A program made the position numbers and the translations under genes. Of a stretch of DNA of 64,000 nt, positions 1-9,367 are shown in pieces. Origin of the DNA: an uncultured Candidatus Rokubacteria bacterium (GTDB taxonomy: Bacteria; Methylomirabilota; Methylomirabilia; Rokubacteriales; DASRDR01); contig CAWGVS010000005.1 in the NCBI GenBank assembly GCA_963826115.1, forward strand, positions 1,024,001 through 1,088,000, read 5' to 3'. The number at the start of each line of letters is the position of its first letter. Within the stretch, counting starts at the first letter, position 1. Below the pieces are notes generated by a model that had not been told where the DNA came from, did no database searches, and saw only the letters and a program-made list of their open reading frames with translations.

Positions 1-2
1 GC

Positions 3-158
3 CTCACCGAGGCGAGGGTCGTGACCTACCATCGTCCGCGCCAGTACCGGGCGACGATCTACTCCGCCGCGGAGCCGCCGGGTCCCACCGCCAGCCTCCC
101 GGACCTCGCGCGGATGGTCGTCTCGGGGCCCAAGTTTCTCTACCTCTGGTGGCCGTGA
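3..158 (+). CDS. C-terminal part of an unknown protein (partial, runs off window start)
   Basis: Open frame LTEARVVTYHRPRQYRATIYS...PKFLYLWWP ending TGA at 156-158, host-like codon usage, co-oriented with downstream GT2. Confidence 0.5.
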   Translation, partial: LTEARVVTYHRPRQYRATIYSAAEPPGPTASLPDLARMVVSGPKFLYLWWP

Positions 159-198
159 GCCGGACGCCGGCCGGCCCGCCCGCGGATCGACCCGGGTC

Positions 199-1152
199 GT
201 GAGCGCGGGGTCCTCCCCGGACCTCGCCGCCCCGCCCCGCGTCTCGATCCTCACCGCCACCTACAACCGCAGCAACGTCCTCCGGCTCGTCATCGAGACG
301 GTCCGCCGCCAGTCCGTCGAGGACTGGGAGTGGATCATCGTCGGTGACGCGTGCACCGACGACACCGCCGACGTGGTGGCCTCGTTCCGCGACCCCCGGA
401 TCCGCTTCCTGAATCTGGCGCGCGGCTACGGCGAGCAGTCGGGGCCCCACAACGAGGCCTTCCCTCTCGCCCGGGCCCGCTACGTCGCCTATCTGAACCA
501 CGACGACCTCTGGCTCCCGGACCACCTCGAGGTCACGCTCGCCGCGCTCGAGGTCACGGGGGCGGACTTCGTCTTCCCGCTCGTCGAGACGATCCTGCCC
601 GGAGGACGCGGTCGGCTCCTGGGGGCGAGCCCGTCGGAGCGCTACGAGCCCCACGTCTACCTGCCGCCGTCGGCGTGGGTCCTCCGTCGCGAGCTCATCG
701 AGGAGCTCGGCCCCTGGCGCTCGGCGCGGGACTGCTACGAGGGTCCGTCCGAGGATCTCCTGTTCCGGGCCTGGCGCGCCGGCAAGGACATGCGGCTGGT
801 GCCGCGGCTCACCGTGGTGGCCATCCCGGCGACCATCCGGGACCGGGTGTACCCGCGGCGCGAGTTGGCGGAGCACGAGGCCCTCGTCGCCCGCATGCAG
901 GACGAGCCCGACTTCCGGGAGCGCGAGCTCTCGGCCCTCGCCTTTCGCGCGGTGGCCGAGCAGTTCGCCTTCCGCCCGACCGTCACGCTGGCGGTCCGCA
1001 ACGCGATCCGGCGAAGGCTCGTGGGTCTCGGTCTCCGGCCCATGGCCGTCCGCCACTTCCTCAAGTACGGACGCCGCGGCGCCATGTTCAACGACCTGCG
1101 CCGGCGGCGCGGCCTTCCACCGATCGACTGGACCACGGAGAGACGCCCATGA
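199..1152 (+). CDS. Glycosyltransferase family 2
   Basis: RVSILTATYNR, IIVGDACTDDT, YVAYLNHDDLW (GT-A fold motifs). Confidence 0.9.
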   Translation: MSAGSSPDLAAPPRVSILTATYNRSNVLRLVIETVRRQSVEDWEWIIVGDACTDDTADVVASFRDPRIRFLNLARGYGEQSGPHNEAFPLARARYVAYLNHDDLWLPDHLEVTLAALEVTGADFVFPLVETILPGGRGRLLGASPSERYEPHVYLPPSAWVLRRELIEELGPWRSARDCYEGPSEDLLFRAWRAGKDMRLVPRLTVVAIPATIRDRVYPRRELAEHEALVARMQDEPDFRERELSALAFRAVAEQFAFRPTVTLAVRNAIRRRLVGLGLRPMAVRHFLKYGRRGAMFNDLRRRRGLPPIDWTTERRP

Positions 1153-1685
1153 TCGACGGTGCCGCGAAGGATCGACAGAGCATCACCTCCGACTGGGCCC
1201 CGCTGGCGAAGCTGATCGACGGGGTGAAGGTCCGGGAGGTGAAGAACGTCCCGAAGGGTAACGGCGTGCTGACGGAGATCTTCCGGCGCGACTGGGACCT
1301 CGACGCGGGAGTCATCGACCAGGTGTTCCAGACGACGGTGGTGCCGGGCGGTCTCTCGGCCTGGCACGTCCACCAGTTCACGACCGACCGGCTGTTCGTC
1401 AGCCAGGGGCTGGTCAAGATCGTGCTCTACGACGCCCGGGAGTCGGCGCCCTCGCACGGGTGCGTCAACGAGTTCCGGTTCGGCGCGCAGCGGCCGGCGC
1501 TCGTCGTCGTGCCGCCGGGCGTCTGGCACGGGGTCCAGAACATCGGCGGCGAGCCGGCGCTCCTCCTGAACCTGGTGGACCGCGCGTACCGCTACGAGGA
1601 CCCCGACCACTGGCGGCTGCCACCCGACACGTCCCGGATCCCGTACAGCTTCGCGCCGGGCTCGCTGGCCGACGGACTTCGATGA
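1149..1685 (+). CDS. dTDP-4-dehydrorhamnose 3,5-epimerase-like cupin (RmlC family)
   Basis: ATGA overlap with upstream GT2; LIDGVKVRE, SAWHVH, VLYDAR, VVPPGVWHG motifs. Confidence 0.85.
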   Translation: MIDGAAKDRQSITSDWAPLAKLIDGVKVREVKNVPKGNGVLTEIFRRDWDLDAGVIDQVFQTTVVPGGLSAWHVHQFTTDRLFVSQGLVKIVLYDARESAPSHGCVNEFRFGAQRPALVVVPPGVWHGVQNIGGEPALLLNLVDRAYRYEDPDHWRLPPDTSRIPYSFAPGSLADGLR

Positions 1686-2635
1686 CGGACGTTCCGGCGC
1701 CACGGGTCTCGATCCTCACCGCGACCTACAACCGCAGCAACGTCCTGCGCATCGTCGCCGGGGCGGTGCGCCGCCAGACCGTCGCGGACTGGGAGTGGGT
1801 CATCGTCGGCGACGCGTGCACCGACGACACGGCGGAGGTGGTGGCGTCCTTCGGGGACCCCCGGATCCGCTTCGTCAACCTCCCGGAGAGCCACGGAGAG
1901 CAGTCGGGCCCGAACAACGTCGCCCTCTCGCTCGCCCGGAGCCGGCGTCTCGCATACCTGAACCACGACGACCTGTGGCTGCCCGAGCACCTGGAGGTCA
2001 CCCTCCAGGCGCTCGAGGAGACCGGCGCACACCTCGTGTTCCCCCTGATGGACGAGGTCCTCGGCGACGGCCGGCGGTGCCTCCTCGGGGCGACGCCGAC
2101 GGGGCGCTACGTCCCGTACCTCTACGTCCCCGCATCCTCCTGGGTCCTCCGCCGCGAGTTCCACGAGGCGGTGGGGCCGTGGCGCTCCGCCGGCGAATGT
2201 TACGAGAACCCCTCCGAGGATCTCCTGTTCCGCGCCTGGCGCGACGGGCTCGACCTGCGCCTCGTTCCTCGTCTCACCCTGGTGACGATCCCGTCGGCGT
2301 GGCGTGACCGTGTCTACGCGCGGCGTGACGCCTCGGAGCACGAGGCGTTCGGGCATCGCATGGAGACCGAGCCGGACTTCCGGGAGCGTGAGCTCACGGC
2401 CCTCGCCTACACCCTGGCGGCTGGACAGTACGCGCTCCTGCCGACCCTGGGTCTCACCACCCGCAACGCGATCCGACAGGCCATCGCGGGTCTCGGCTTC
2501 CGGCCCATGGCGGTCCGGCGGTTCCTCCAGTACGGACGCCGAGGCGCGATGCTGAACGACAACCGACGCCGGCGCGGCCTGCCGCCGATCGACTGGCGCG
2601 CGAGGCGCCGCGCCGAGCGTCAGCGAGCCGGCTAG
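1682..2635 (+). CDS. Glycosyltransferase family 2 (paralogue of 199-1152)
   Basis: ATGA overlap at 1682-1685; same motifs as first GT2 with long identical stretches. Confidence 0.9.
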   Translation: MTDVPAPRVSILTATYNRSNVLRIVAGAVRRQTVADWEWVIVGDACTDDTAEVVASFGDPRIRFVNLPESHGEQSGPNNVALSLARSRRLAYLNHDDLWLPEHLEVTLQALEETGAHLVFPLMDEVLGDGRRCLLGATPTGRYVPYLYVPASSWVLRREFHEAVGPWRSAGECYENPSEDLLFRAWRDGLDLRLVPRLTLVTIPSAWRDRVYARRDASEHEAFGHRMETEPDFRERELTALAYTLAAGQYALLPTLGLTTRNAIRQAIAGLGFRPMAVRRFLQYGRRGAMLNDNRRRRGLPPIDWRARRRAERQRAG

Positions 2636-3414
2636 CGCCCCTGCCAGCGGGCCGGCCGCTTCTCCAGGAACGCCGCGATGCCTTCCTGGGCGTCCTCCGA
2701 CCGCGCCACGATCGTCAGGAGGTCGCGCAGCTGCTCGAGCGCCGGGCCGTAGGCGAGGTCGAGCGCCCGGTAGAAGGCCTCCTTGCCGAGCGCCAGCGTC
2801 GCCGGCGACAGCCCCGCCAGCGTCCGCGCCATCCCGTCGACCGCCTCGTCCAGGCCGGCGCGCGGCACCACGCGGCTGGCGAGGCCGATCTCGAGCGCCT
2901 CCCGCGCCGGCAGCTCCCGGCCGGTCAGGACGAGCTCGAGGATGCGCCTCGGCGCGGCGGTGCGGAGGATCGGCGCGAGGACCATCAGGGGCAGGAGCCC
3001 CAGCTTGATCTCCGGGAGCCCGAACACGGCGTCATCCGCCGCGATCACGACGTCGCACGCGGCGGCGAGGCCGCAGCCCCCGGCGAGGGCGTGTCCGTGG
3101 ACACGGGCGATCACCGGGAGCCGGAGGCCCGGGATCGCCGTCAGGACCTCGGCCAGCCTCGCGTACTGCTCTCGCGCCTCGAGGATCGATCCCGCGCGGA
3201 ACATCCCCTTGAGGTCCGCGCCCGCGCAGAAGGCCCGATCGCCCGCGCCCCGCAGGACCACGACCCGCGCGGCGTCGTCCGCGTCGAGCCGGCGGAGCGC
3301 GGCGGCCAGCTCCCGGATCATCGTCGCGTTCAGCGCGTTGCGCGCCTCGGGGCGGTTGAGCGTCACCGTCGCGATCCCGTCGCTCACGGACACGAGGACC
3401 GTCTCGGCGCTCAC
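2632..3414 (-). CDS. Enoyl-CoA hydratase/isomerase family protein
   Basis: TLNRPEARNAL, AFCAGADL, ALAGGCGL, FGLPEIKLG; GTG overlaps the Nudix stop. Confidence 0.9.
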   Translation of the reverse strand: MSAETVLVSVSDGIATVTLNRPEARNALNATMIRELAAALRRLDADDAARVVVLRGAGDRAFCAGADLKGMFRAGSILEAREQYARLAEVLTAIPGLRLPVIARVHGHALAGGCGLAAACDVVIAADDAVFGLPEIKLGLLPLMVLAPILRTAAPRRILELVLTGRELPAREALEIGLASRVVPRAGLDEAVDGMARTLAGLSPATLALGKEAFYRALDLAYGPALEQLRDLLTIVARSEDAQEGIAAFLEKRPARWQGR

Positions 3415-4034
3415 GCCGTCGTCCCGATCCCGATCGCCTCGGGGAAGAGCGCGTCCAGGAGCTCGCGGAGAATCCGCCCCGTGGTGCCCCACACGACGTC
3501 CTCGCCATAGTCCACGAAGAGGACGGGCCGCGTCACGCCTTCCCGCGCCCACTGCTCCACGCGAAACGCCCCGGGCCGGAGGAGATGCGGCAGCGGGATC
3601 TCGATCACACGCTCGATCTCGCGCCCGTCCGGGCGGAATACCGGCGCCCCGCGGGCGAGTCCCAGGACTGGCGTGATGACGAAGCTCGTGCCGGTGGTGA
3701 GCACGTCGTCGAAGAGCCCCAGGACCTCCACCGCCGACGCGGGGAGGCCGATCTCCTCCTCCGCCTCCCGGAGCGCGGCGTCCACCATGGATGCGTCCCC
3801 CGAACGGACGACGCCGCCCGGGAAGGAGAACTGACCCTTGTGGTGCGGGACGCCCTCCGTCTTCTTGCCGAAGACCAGCGCCGGGACGCCGTCCCGGTAG
3901 ACGAAAAGGACGAGCACCGCGGCCCGCACCCGGTTCTCGGGCGTGAGGCTTCGCCGCCCGCGGCCGACCGTCGACAGGACCCGCGCCCGGAGCGAGTCGG
4001 GCGACGGCACGGCGTCGAGCTGCGGCCTCGCCAC
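3411..4034 (-). CDS. Nudix hydrolase, CoA pyrophosphatase type
   Basis: AAVLV, HKGQFSFPGG, Nudix box AALREAEEEIG, VWGTTG; start uncertain. Confidence 0.88.
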   Translation of the reverse strand: MARPQLDAVPSPDSLRARVLSTVGRGRRSLTPENRVRAAVLVLFVYRDGVPALVFGKKTEGVPHHKGQFSFPGGVVRSGDASMVDAALREAEEEIGLPASAVEVLGLFDDVLTTGTSFVITPVLGLARGAPVFRPDGREIERVIEIPLPHLLRPGAFRVEQWAREGVTRPVLFVDYGEDVVWGTTGRILRELLDALFPEAIGIGTTA

Positions 4035-4035
4035 C

Positions 4036-4818
4036 CTACCGGGCCTTGAAGACGGGCTTCCGCTTCTCGGCGAACGCCTTCGGGCCCTCCGCGGCGTCCT
4101 CAGTCCCCCGGAGGGTCCCCGACAGGAACGCCTCCAGGCGCAGGCCGTCCGCCAGCGGCAGCGTGAGACCCCGGAGGATCGCCTCCTTCGCCGCGCGCAC
4201 CGCAAGGGGTCCCCGCTCGCAGATGGTCGCGGCCCACCGCCGCGCCGTCGGCAGGACCTCCGCGGCCGGCACGACGGCGTTGACGAGCCCGATCCGGTAC
4301 GCCTCATGGGCGGAGCAGGTCTCGCCCATCAGGATCATCTCCATCGCCTTGGCCAGCGGGACGGCCCGCGGGAGACGCTGGGTCCCGCCCGCGCCCGGCA
4401 TGATGGCCCAGCGAACCTCGGTGAGCCCGAACACCGCGTGCTCGGCCGCCACGCGGATGTCGCAGCAGAGCATGAGCTCGAGGCCGCCCGCGAGGGCGTA
4501 CCCGTTCACCGCGGCGATGACCGGCTTCCAGATCTCGAGGCCGCGCGTGATGCCCCCCAGGCCGGGGTCGTTGTGGCCGCGCCCCGCCCCGGGCTTCCCG
4601 AACGCCTGCGGGATGAGCTTCTTCAGGTCCGCACCGGCGGAGAACGCCTTCTCCCCGGCGCCGGTCAGGATCGCGACCCAAGTCTCGGGATCGTCGCGAA
4701 ACCGGGTCCATGCGTCGATCAGGTCCCGGTGCATCTCCGGGTCGATGGCGTTCATCGCCTCGGGTCGGTCGAGCGTGATGGTCACCACGCGGTCCTGCTG
4801 CTCGTAGCGGAGCCCCAT
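4036..4818 (-). CDS. Enoyl-CoA hydratase/isomerase family protein
   Basis: RBS GAGGAG; AFSAGADL, NGYALAGGLEL, PGAGGTQRLPR. Confidence 0.92.
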   Translation of the reverse strand: MGLRYEQQDRVVTITLDRPEAMNAIDPEMHRDLIDAWTRFRDDPETWVAILTGAGEKAFSAGADLKKLIPQAFGKPGAGRGHNDPGLGGITRGLEIWKPVIAAVNGYALAGGLELMLCCDIRVAAEHAVFGLTEVRWAIMPGAGGTQRLPRAVPLAKAMEMILMGETCSAHEAYRIGLVNAVVPAAEVLPTARRWAATICERGPLAVRAAKEAILRGLTLPLADGLRLEAFLSGTLRGTEDAAEGPKAFAEKRKPVFKAR

Positions 4819-4905
4819 GGATTCTCCTCGCGCGGCCTCGGCCGCGGCAGCGCCAGCGTAGCACACGGCCCGCCCGCGCCCGCCGCCGCGGGCCCCGGCG
4901 CCCCG

Positions 4906-5436
4906 TTACCTCGCGCCCAGTCGCCAGAGCGCCTTGTCGAGGGTGCGGAGGGACACGCCGTGGCGACCCGCGAGGCCCCGGAGGACCGCGGCGTACGCCG
5001 CCCATCCGTCCGCGGTCGGCGGGAACCGCCGCCGGATACCGATCCGCGGGAGGGCCGCCCGGACCCGGACGTCGTAGATGGGGTAGCGGCGCGGCTCCGC
5101 GAAGTGGAGGATCACCGAGGCCACGGCGACGCCTACTCCGCGAAGCCCCAGGAGCACGGCGAGCCGGGTCGCGTCACCTCTCGCAAGGAATGCGGCGGCG
5201 GTCACGCCCCGGACGCCCGCCTCCGTGTTGCGCGCGATCTGGGGGCGGATCCTGGGGCTCTTCCACTCGCCGATCCACCGCAGCTCGGCCCGCGTCAGGT
5301 AGAGCGCCTCCCGGCGCCGCCTCCGGGCGAGGCGCGCCTTGAGCTCGCGCTCCATCCGGGGCCACGGGCTCGTCCGCTCCTCCCGGTCGAAGCGCCGTGA
5401 GTGCGTGAGGATGCCTCGGCGGCTCAGCGCGATCAC
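4906..5436 (-). CDS. Small helix-hairpin-helix (HhH-GPD-like) protein, possible DNA glycosylase/DNA-binding protein
   Basis: LLGLRGVGVAVASVIL followed by YPIYDVR; C-terminal LRTLDKALW. Confidence 0.6.
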   Translation of the reverse strand: MIALSRRGILTHSRRFDREERTSPWPRMERELKARLARRRRREALYLTRAELRWIGEWKSPRIRPQIARNTEAGVRGVTAAAFLARGDATRLAVLLGLRGVGVAVASVILHFAEPRRYPIYDVRVRAALPRIGIRRRFPPTADGWAAYAAVLRGLAGRHGVSLRTLDKALWRLGAR

Positions 5437-5471
5437 GAGGCGCTTGACTCCGCCCGAGGGCGGATCGGACG

Positions 5472-5963
5472 ATGGAGCCCATGTCTCCGCCCCCCGTCGT
5501 CATCGAGGCGGCGCGACCCGCCGACGCGCCGGACATCATCGTGCTCATCGGCCGGGTCTTCGCCGAGTACGACTTCATCTGGAACCCGGCGACCGAGGTG
5601 CCCGACCTCTTCGACCTCGATCGCCATTACGGCGGGGACGCCGGCGCGTTCTGGGTGGCCCGCCTCGACGGCCGGCTGGTCGGGTCGGTCGGCGTCGCGC
5701 GCTTGCCCGACGGCCGCGCGGAGCTTCACCGGCTCTACCTCGACGCGTCGCTGCGCGGCCGGGGCATCGGCCGTGCGCTGGTGGAGGTCGTCCTCGAGTG
5801 GTGCCGGGGAGCCGATGTGCGACAGCTCGTCCTCTGGTCGGACACCCGGTTCGACCGCGCCCATCGGCTCTACGAGGGGATGGGCTTCAGGAAGACCGGC
5901 GAGCGCGAGATCGCGGACGACCCGAACGACACCCGCGAATTCGGGTACGCGCGCTCGGTCTAG
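5472..5963 (+). CDS. GNAT family N-acetyltransferase
   Basis: ELHRLYLDASLRGRGIG acetyl-CoA motif A; AHRLYEGMGF. Confidence 0.9.
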   Translation: MEPMSPPPVVIEAARPADAPDIIVLIGRVFAEYDFIWNPATEVPDLFDLDRHYGGDAGAFWVARLDGRLVGSVGVARLPDGRAELHRLYLDASLRGRGIGRALVEVVLEWCRGADVRQLVLWSDTRFDRAHRLYEGMGFRKTGEREIADDPNDTREFGYARSV

Positions 5964-5993
5964 GCAACCGGCGTGGACCGCGCGCCGCGCGGC

Positions 5994-6485
5994 TCAGACC
6001 CGGGGCAGCACGGGCTGAGCGGGCGCCGCGCCCTTGGCCGGCGCCGGCTGCTTGGTCAGCGGGATCGGCTTCCCGACGGTCGCCTGATGCGTGGCCGGGG
6101 TCTGATGCTTGACGGCCGCCACGTGCTTCGGCTTGGCCGCGCCCCCCTTCGCCACGTGCTTCGCCGGCGTCGCCTTCTTCACCGTCTTCTTCGCGGCGGG
6201 CTTGTGCACGACCTTCGCGGGCTTCGCGCCGTGCGTCGTCGTGGCGCCGACGTGTCCCGCCGTTCCCTTGCGAGGAGTCTGGACGGTCGTCGTCGAGCCC
6301 TGAACGACCGCGGGGATCAACTCCGGCTTCGCCGGTTCCGGGGCGCTCGCCGCGGGCGACGGCCCCGTCACCGGAACGATGCCCCGCCCCGATTCCACGG
6401 ACGGCGCCGTCGTCTGAGCCATGGCCACGCCCGCGCCCAGCAGGACACCGACCACCACCGCACCCATCGTCGTAGTCCGAGTCAC
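5994..6485 (-). CDS. Secreted Lys/Ala/Pro-rich low-complexity protein
   Basis: GAGGAG 7 nt before GTG; signal peptide ...VVVGVLLGAGVAMA-QTT; AKPAKVVHKPAAKKTVKKATPAK repeats. Confidence 0.7.
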   Translation of the reverse strand: MTRTTTMGAVVVGVLLGAGVAMAQTTAPSVESGRGIVPVTGPSPAASAPEPAKPELIPAVVQGSTTTVQTPRKGTAGHVGATTTHGAKPAKVVHKPAAKKTVKKATPAKHVAKGGAAKPKHVAAVKHQTPATHQATVGKPIPLTKQPAPAKGAAPAQPVLPRV

Positions 6486-6537
6486 TCGGCATCTCCTCGC
6501 CCGCCGGGTGCCTTCCCGGCGGGCCCCGAAGTCCGCG

Positions 6538-7329
6538 TCAGCGAACCGCCCGGGCCCCCACTCGTTCGACCAGTCCGGCCAAGATGGCTCCGGCCGGCCC
6601 GGGCAGGACGACGTCGGCGACGTGGTCGAGCCGGGTCGGTGTGAGATTGACCACCACAAGGCGCGCCCCGCTCTCGCGGGCGTAGCTCGGCATGTACGCC
6701 GCCGGGTAGACGCCGAGGGACGAGCCGACCACCAAGAAGGTCCCCGCTGCCCGGGAGCGCGCCTCGGCCCGCTCGACGGCGGGCACGGGCATCGGCTCCC
6801 CGAACAGGACGGTCAGGGGCTTGAGAATGCCCCCGCACGCCTCGCAGGCCGGGACCGTCTCACCGGCGACGAGTCGCTCCTGGATCGCGTCGCGCGCGAA
6901 CCGGCGGTCGCACGCGAGGCACCGGACGCGGGTGGCGTTGCCGTGGAGCTCGATCACCAGCTCGGGGTCCGTTCCCGCGCGCTGGTGGAGGTCGTCCACG
7001 TTCTGGGTGATCACGCAGTCGAGATGCCCGAGGCGCTCGAGCGTGACGAGGGCGCGGTGGGCCGGGTTCGGCTGCGCCGCGCGGATCGTCGCGTAGAGCT
7101 CCCGCCCCACCGCCCAGTACCGGCGGCGGGAATCCTCCGAGCGCATGAAGTTCGGGAAGGAGAAGTCCTCGGGGTCGTAGCGCGCCCAGAGGCCCGTGGG
7201 GCTCCGGAAGTCCGGGATGCCGGATTCCGTCGAGACGCCGGCGCCGGTAAAGGCCACGACGCGACCGGTCGTGGCGAGCAACTCCGCGGCCCTGTCGAGC
7301 CGGGCGTTCATCTCGAGCGTTCCCTGCAT
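6538..7329 (-). CDS. cobB: NAD-dependent protein deacylase (sirtuin)
   Basis: TGAGVSTESGIPDFRS, TQNVDDLHQRAG, ELHG, two CxxC, GSSLGVYPAA. Confidence 0.93.
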   Translation of the reverse strand: MQGTLEMNARLDRAAELLATTGRVVAFTGAGVSTESGIPDFRSPTGLWARYDPEDFSFPNFMRSEDSRRRYWAVGRELYATIRAAQPNPAHRALVTLERLGHLDCVITQNVDDLHQRAGTDPELVIELHGNATRVRCLACDRRFARDAIQERLVAGETVPACEACGGILKPLTVLFGEPMPVPAVERAEARSRAAGTFLVVGSSLGVYPAAYMPSYARESGARLVVVNLTPTRLDHVADVVLPGPAGAILAGLVERVGARAVR

Positions 7330-7428
7330 CCCGACAGGAGCGTAGCAGAGGGCCGCGCGACGCCGTGAAAGGATTCGGCCGCCGGCGTGCCGGGATTCGC
7401 CCGGACGCGACGGCTCAGCGGGCTCGGA

Positions 7429-8613
7429 TCAGGGCTGGCCGAGCACCGCGACGCACGACACGGCGCCCGGGCCGCCGAGCGTGTGCGCCAGGCCTGTCCG
7501 CGCACCGGCGACCTGCATCCGTCCGGCGCGGCCGAGGAGCTGGTCGACGACGTTGTTCACCATCCGGACCCCGGACGCGCCGACGGGGTGGCCGCAGGAC
7601 TTCAAGCCGCCCGAGGTGTTGACGGGGAGGTCGCCGCCGAGCCGCGTGACGCCGGCGGTCGCCAGCTTGTGACCCTCGCCCGGCGCCGCCAGCCCGAGAT
7701 CCTCGTAGTTGATGATCTCGGTGATGGTGAAGCAGTCGTGGACCTCCGCCACGTCGATCTCGCGAGACGGGTCGGTCACTCCCGCCATCCGGTACGCGGC
7801 CCGGGCGGCCTCGCGCGTCGCCCGGAACGACGTGAAATCCCAGGAAGGGTCGAACTGGGTATTCCAGTACCCCGCGGCCACGCTGAACGCGATCCCCCGA
7901 AGCAGGGCGTGCGGCCGGCCGCGGCGCGCCGCGAGCTCCGCGGGCATCAGCACGCAGGCCGCCGCGCCGTCGGTCGTGGGGCAGCAGTCGTAGAGCCCCA
8001 GCGGCTCGGCGACCTTCGCAGCCCGGGCGTGCTGCTCGGGGGTGATGGCCTTCTGGAAGTGGGCATTCGGGTTCAGGCTTCCGTGCCAGTGGTTCTTCAC
8101 GGCGACCGCGCCCAGCGCCGACTCGTCGATCCCGTACTCCTTGAAGTAGCGCGTCGCGAGGAGCGCGAACATCCCCGGCGCCGTCCGGCCCTTGCAGAGC
8201 ACCGGATGGCCGCGCTCCATGGCCTGGGCGACCAGGCTCCCGCGGGACGGTACCTCGCGCATCTTCTCGGCGCCCACGACGAGGACGACGTCGTACTCCC
8301 CGGAGGCCACCGCGAGCGCGCCGTTCCGCACGGCTTCCATCCCCGAGGCGCAGTAGGCGGCCACGCGCGTGATGGGGATCGGCGGGAGCCCGAGCGTGTC
8401 GCCGACGAAGGTGCCGGCGTTGCCCTCGTAGCCGTAGAGAAGCGGCTCGTAGGTGCCGAGCCACCCGGCCTGGAGCTCGCCGGGCTCGACCCCGGCGTCG
8501 GCCATGGCGAGGGTCGCGGCCTCGTACACCATGTCGGAGTACGACTGGTGGAAGTTCTCCCCGAAGCGGATCGTGCCCGTGCCGACGATCGCGACCTGGT
8601 TGGCGAGTCCCAT
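7429..8613 (-). CDS. Thiolase family protein (SCP2-thiolase/PhlC-like)
   Basis: AYCASG, GAEKM, DCCPTTDGAA, EVHDCFT, NTSGGLKSCGHPVGASG. Confidence 0.9.
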   Translation of the reverse strand: MGLANQVAIVGTGTIRFGENFHQSYSDMVYEAATLAMADAGVEPGELQAGWLGTYEPLLYGYEGNAGTFVGDTLGLPPIPITRVAAYCASGMEAVRNGALAVASGEYDVVLVVGAEKMREVPSRGSLVAQAMERGHPVLCKGRTAPGMFALLATRYFKEYGIDESALGAVAVKNHWHGSLNPNAHFQKAITPEQHARAAKVAEPLGLYDCCPTTDGAAACVLMPAELAARRGRPHALLRGIAFSVAAGYWNTQFDPSWDFTSFRATREAARAAYRMAGVTDPSREIDVAEVHDCFTITEIINYEDLGLAAPGEGHKLATAGVTRLGGDLPVNTSGGLKSCGHPVGASGVRMVNNVVDQLLGRAGRMQVAGARTGLAHTLGGPGAVSCVAVLGQP

Positions 8614-8720
8614 GCGCTGCCTCCGGCCCATAGTGCGCCGACTCGGCGGACCCTGTCCAGCATCCGGTCCCCGGGGAACCAAGCGGGATCGCCGGCTAAG
8701 ATGACTCCGGAGGTGCCCCG

Positions 8721-9353
8721 GTGACGCCCGACTTCGTCCTCGCGGACGCGGAGGTCCGCTCGCTCGGCGAGCGCGGATGGTTTCTTCGGGACGGGGTCCT
8801 CGGTCCCGCCGTCGCCGGGAAGGTCCACGCGGCCGTGGAGGCGCTCGCCGCGGCCGGGCGCCTCCGGCCCGCGGGTGTGAGCCGCGGCGCGACCTATCGC
8901 CTGGACGGGGCGGTCCGCGGGGACGCGATCGCCTGGCTCGACCCGGACCAGATCCCGCCGGCCCTCCGTCCGCTCTGCACCCTGTTCCGGGCGCTGCGCG
9001 ACGCGCTGAACGCGTCGGCCTATCTCGGGCTCGACCGGATGGAGATGCAGGTCGCCCGCTATCCGGGAGACGGCGCTGCCTACGCGCGCCACCGCGATGC
9101 GTTCTCGTCCCCGACGCCCGGGCCGCCGAACCGCCGCGTCACGGCGATCTACTACGCCAATCCCGGCTGGCGTCCCGAGGACGGAGGCGTGCTACGGCTC
9201 CACGGGGATGACGGACTGCAGGACGTCGAGCCGATTCTCGACCGCCTGCTGGTCTTCATGAGCGAGCGCGTCGAGCACGAGGTACTCCCCGCCCGGGCGC
9301 CCCGCCGTGCGGTCACCGTGTGGTTCCGGGCGCGGGATCCCCTCGCGGGCTGA
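8721..9353 (+). CDS. 2OG-Fe(II) oxygenase, prolyl-hydroxylase (EGL-9/PPHD)-like
   Basis: VRGDAIAW, YARHRD, RRVTAIYYAN, GGVLRL, EHEVLP...RRAVTVW. Confidence 0.88.
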   Translation: MTPDFVLADAEVRSLGERGWFLRDGVLGPAVAGKVHAAVEALAAAGRLRPAGVSRGATYRLDGAVRGDAIAWLDPDQIPPALRPLCTLFRALRDALNASAYLGLDRMEMQVARYPGDGAAYARHRDAFSSPTPGPPNRRVTAIYYANPGWRPEDGGVLRLHGDDGLQDVEPILDRLLVFMSERVEHEVLPARAPRRAVTVWFRARDPLAG

Positions 9354-9367
9354 CCGCGCGCGGGCGC

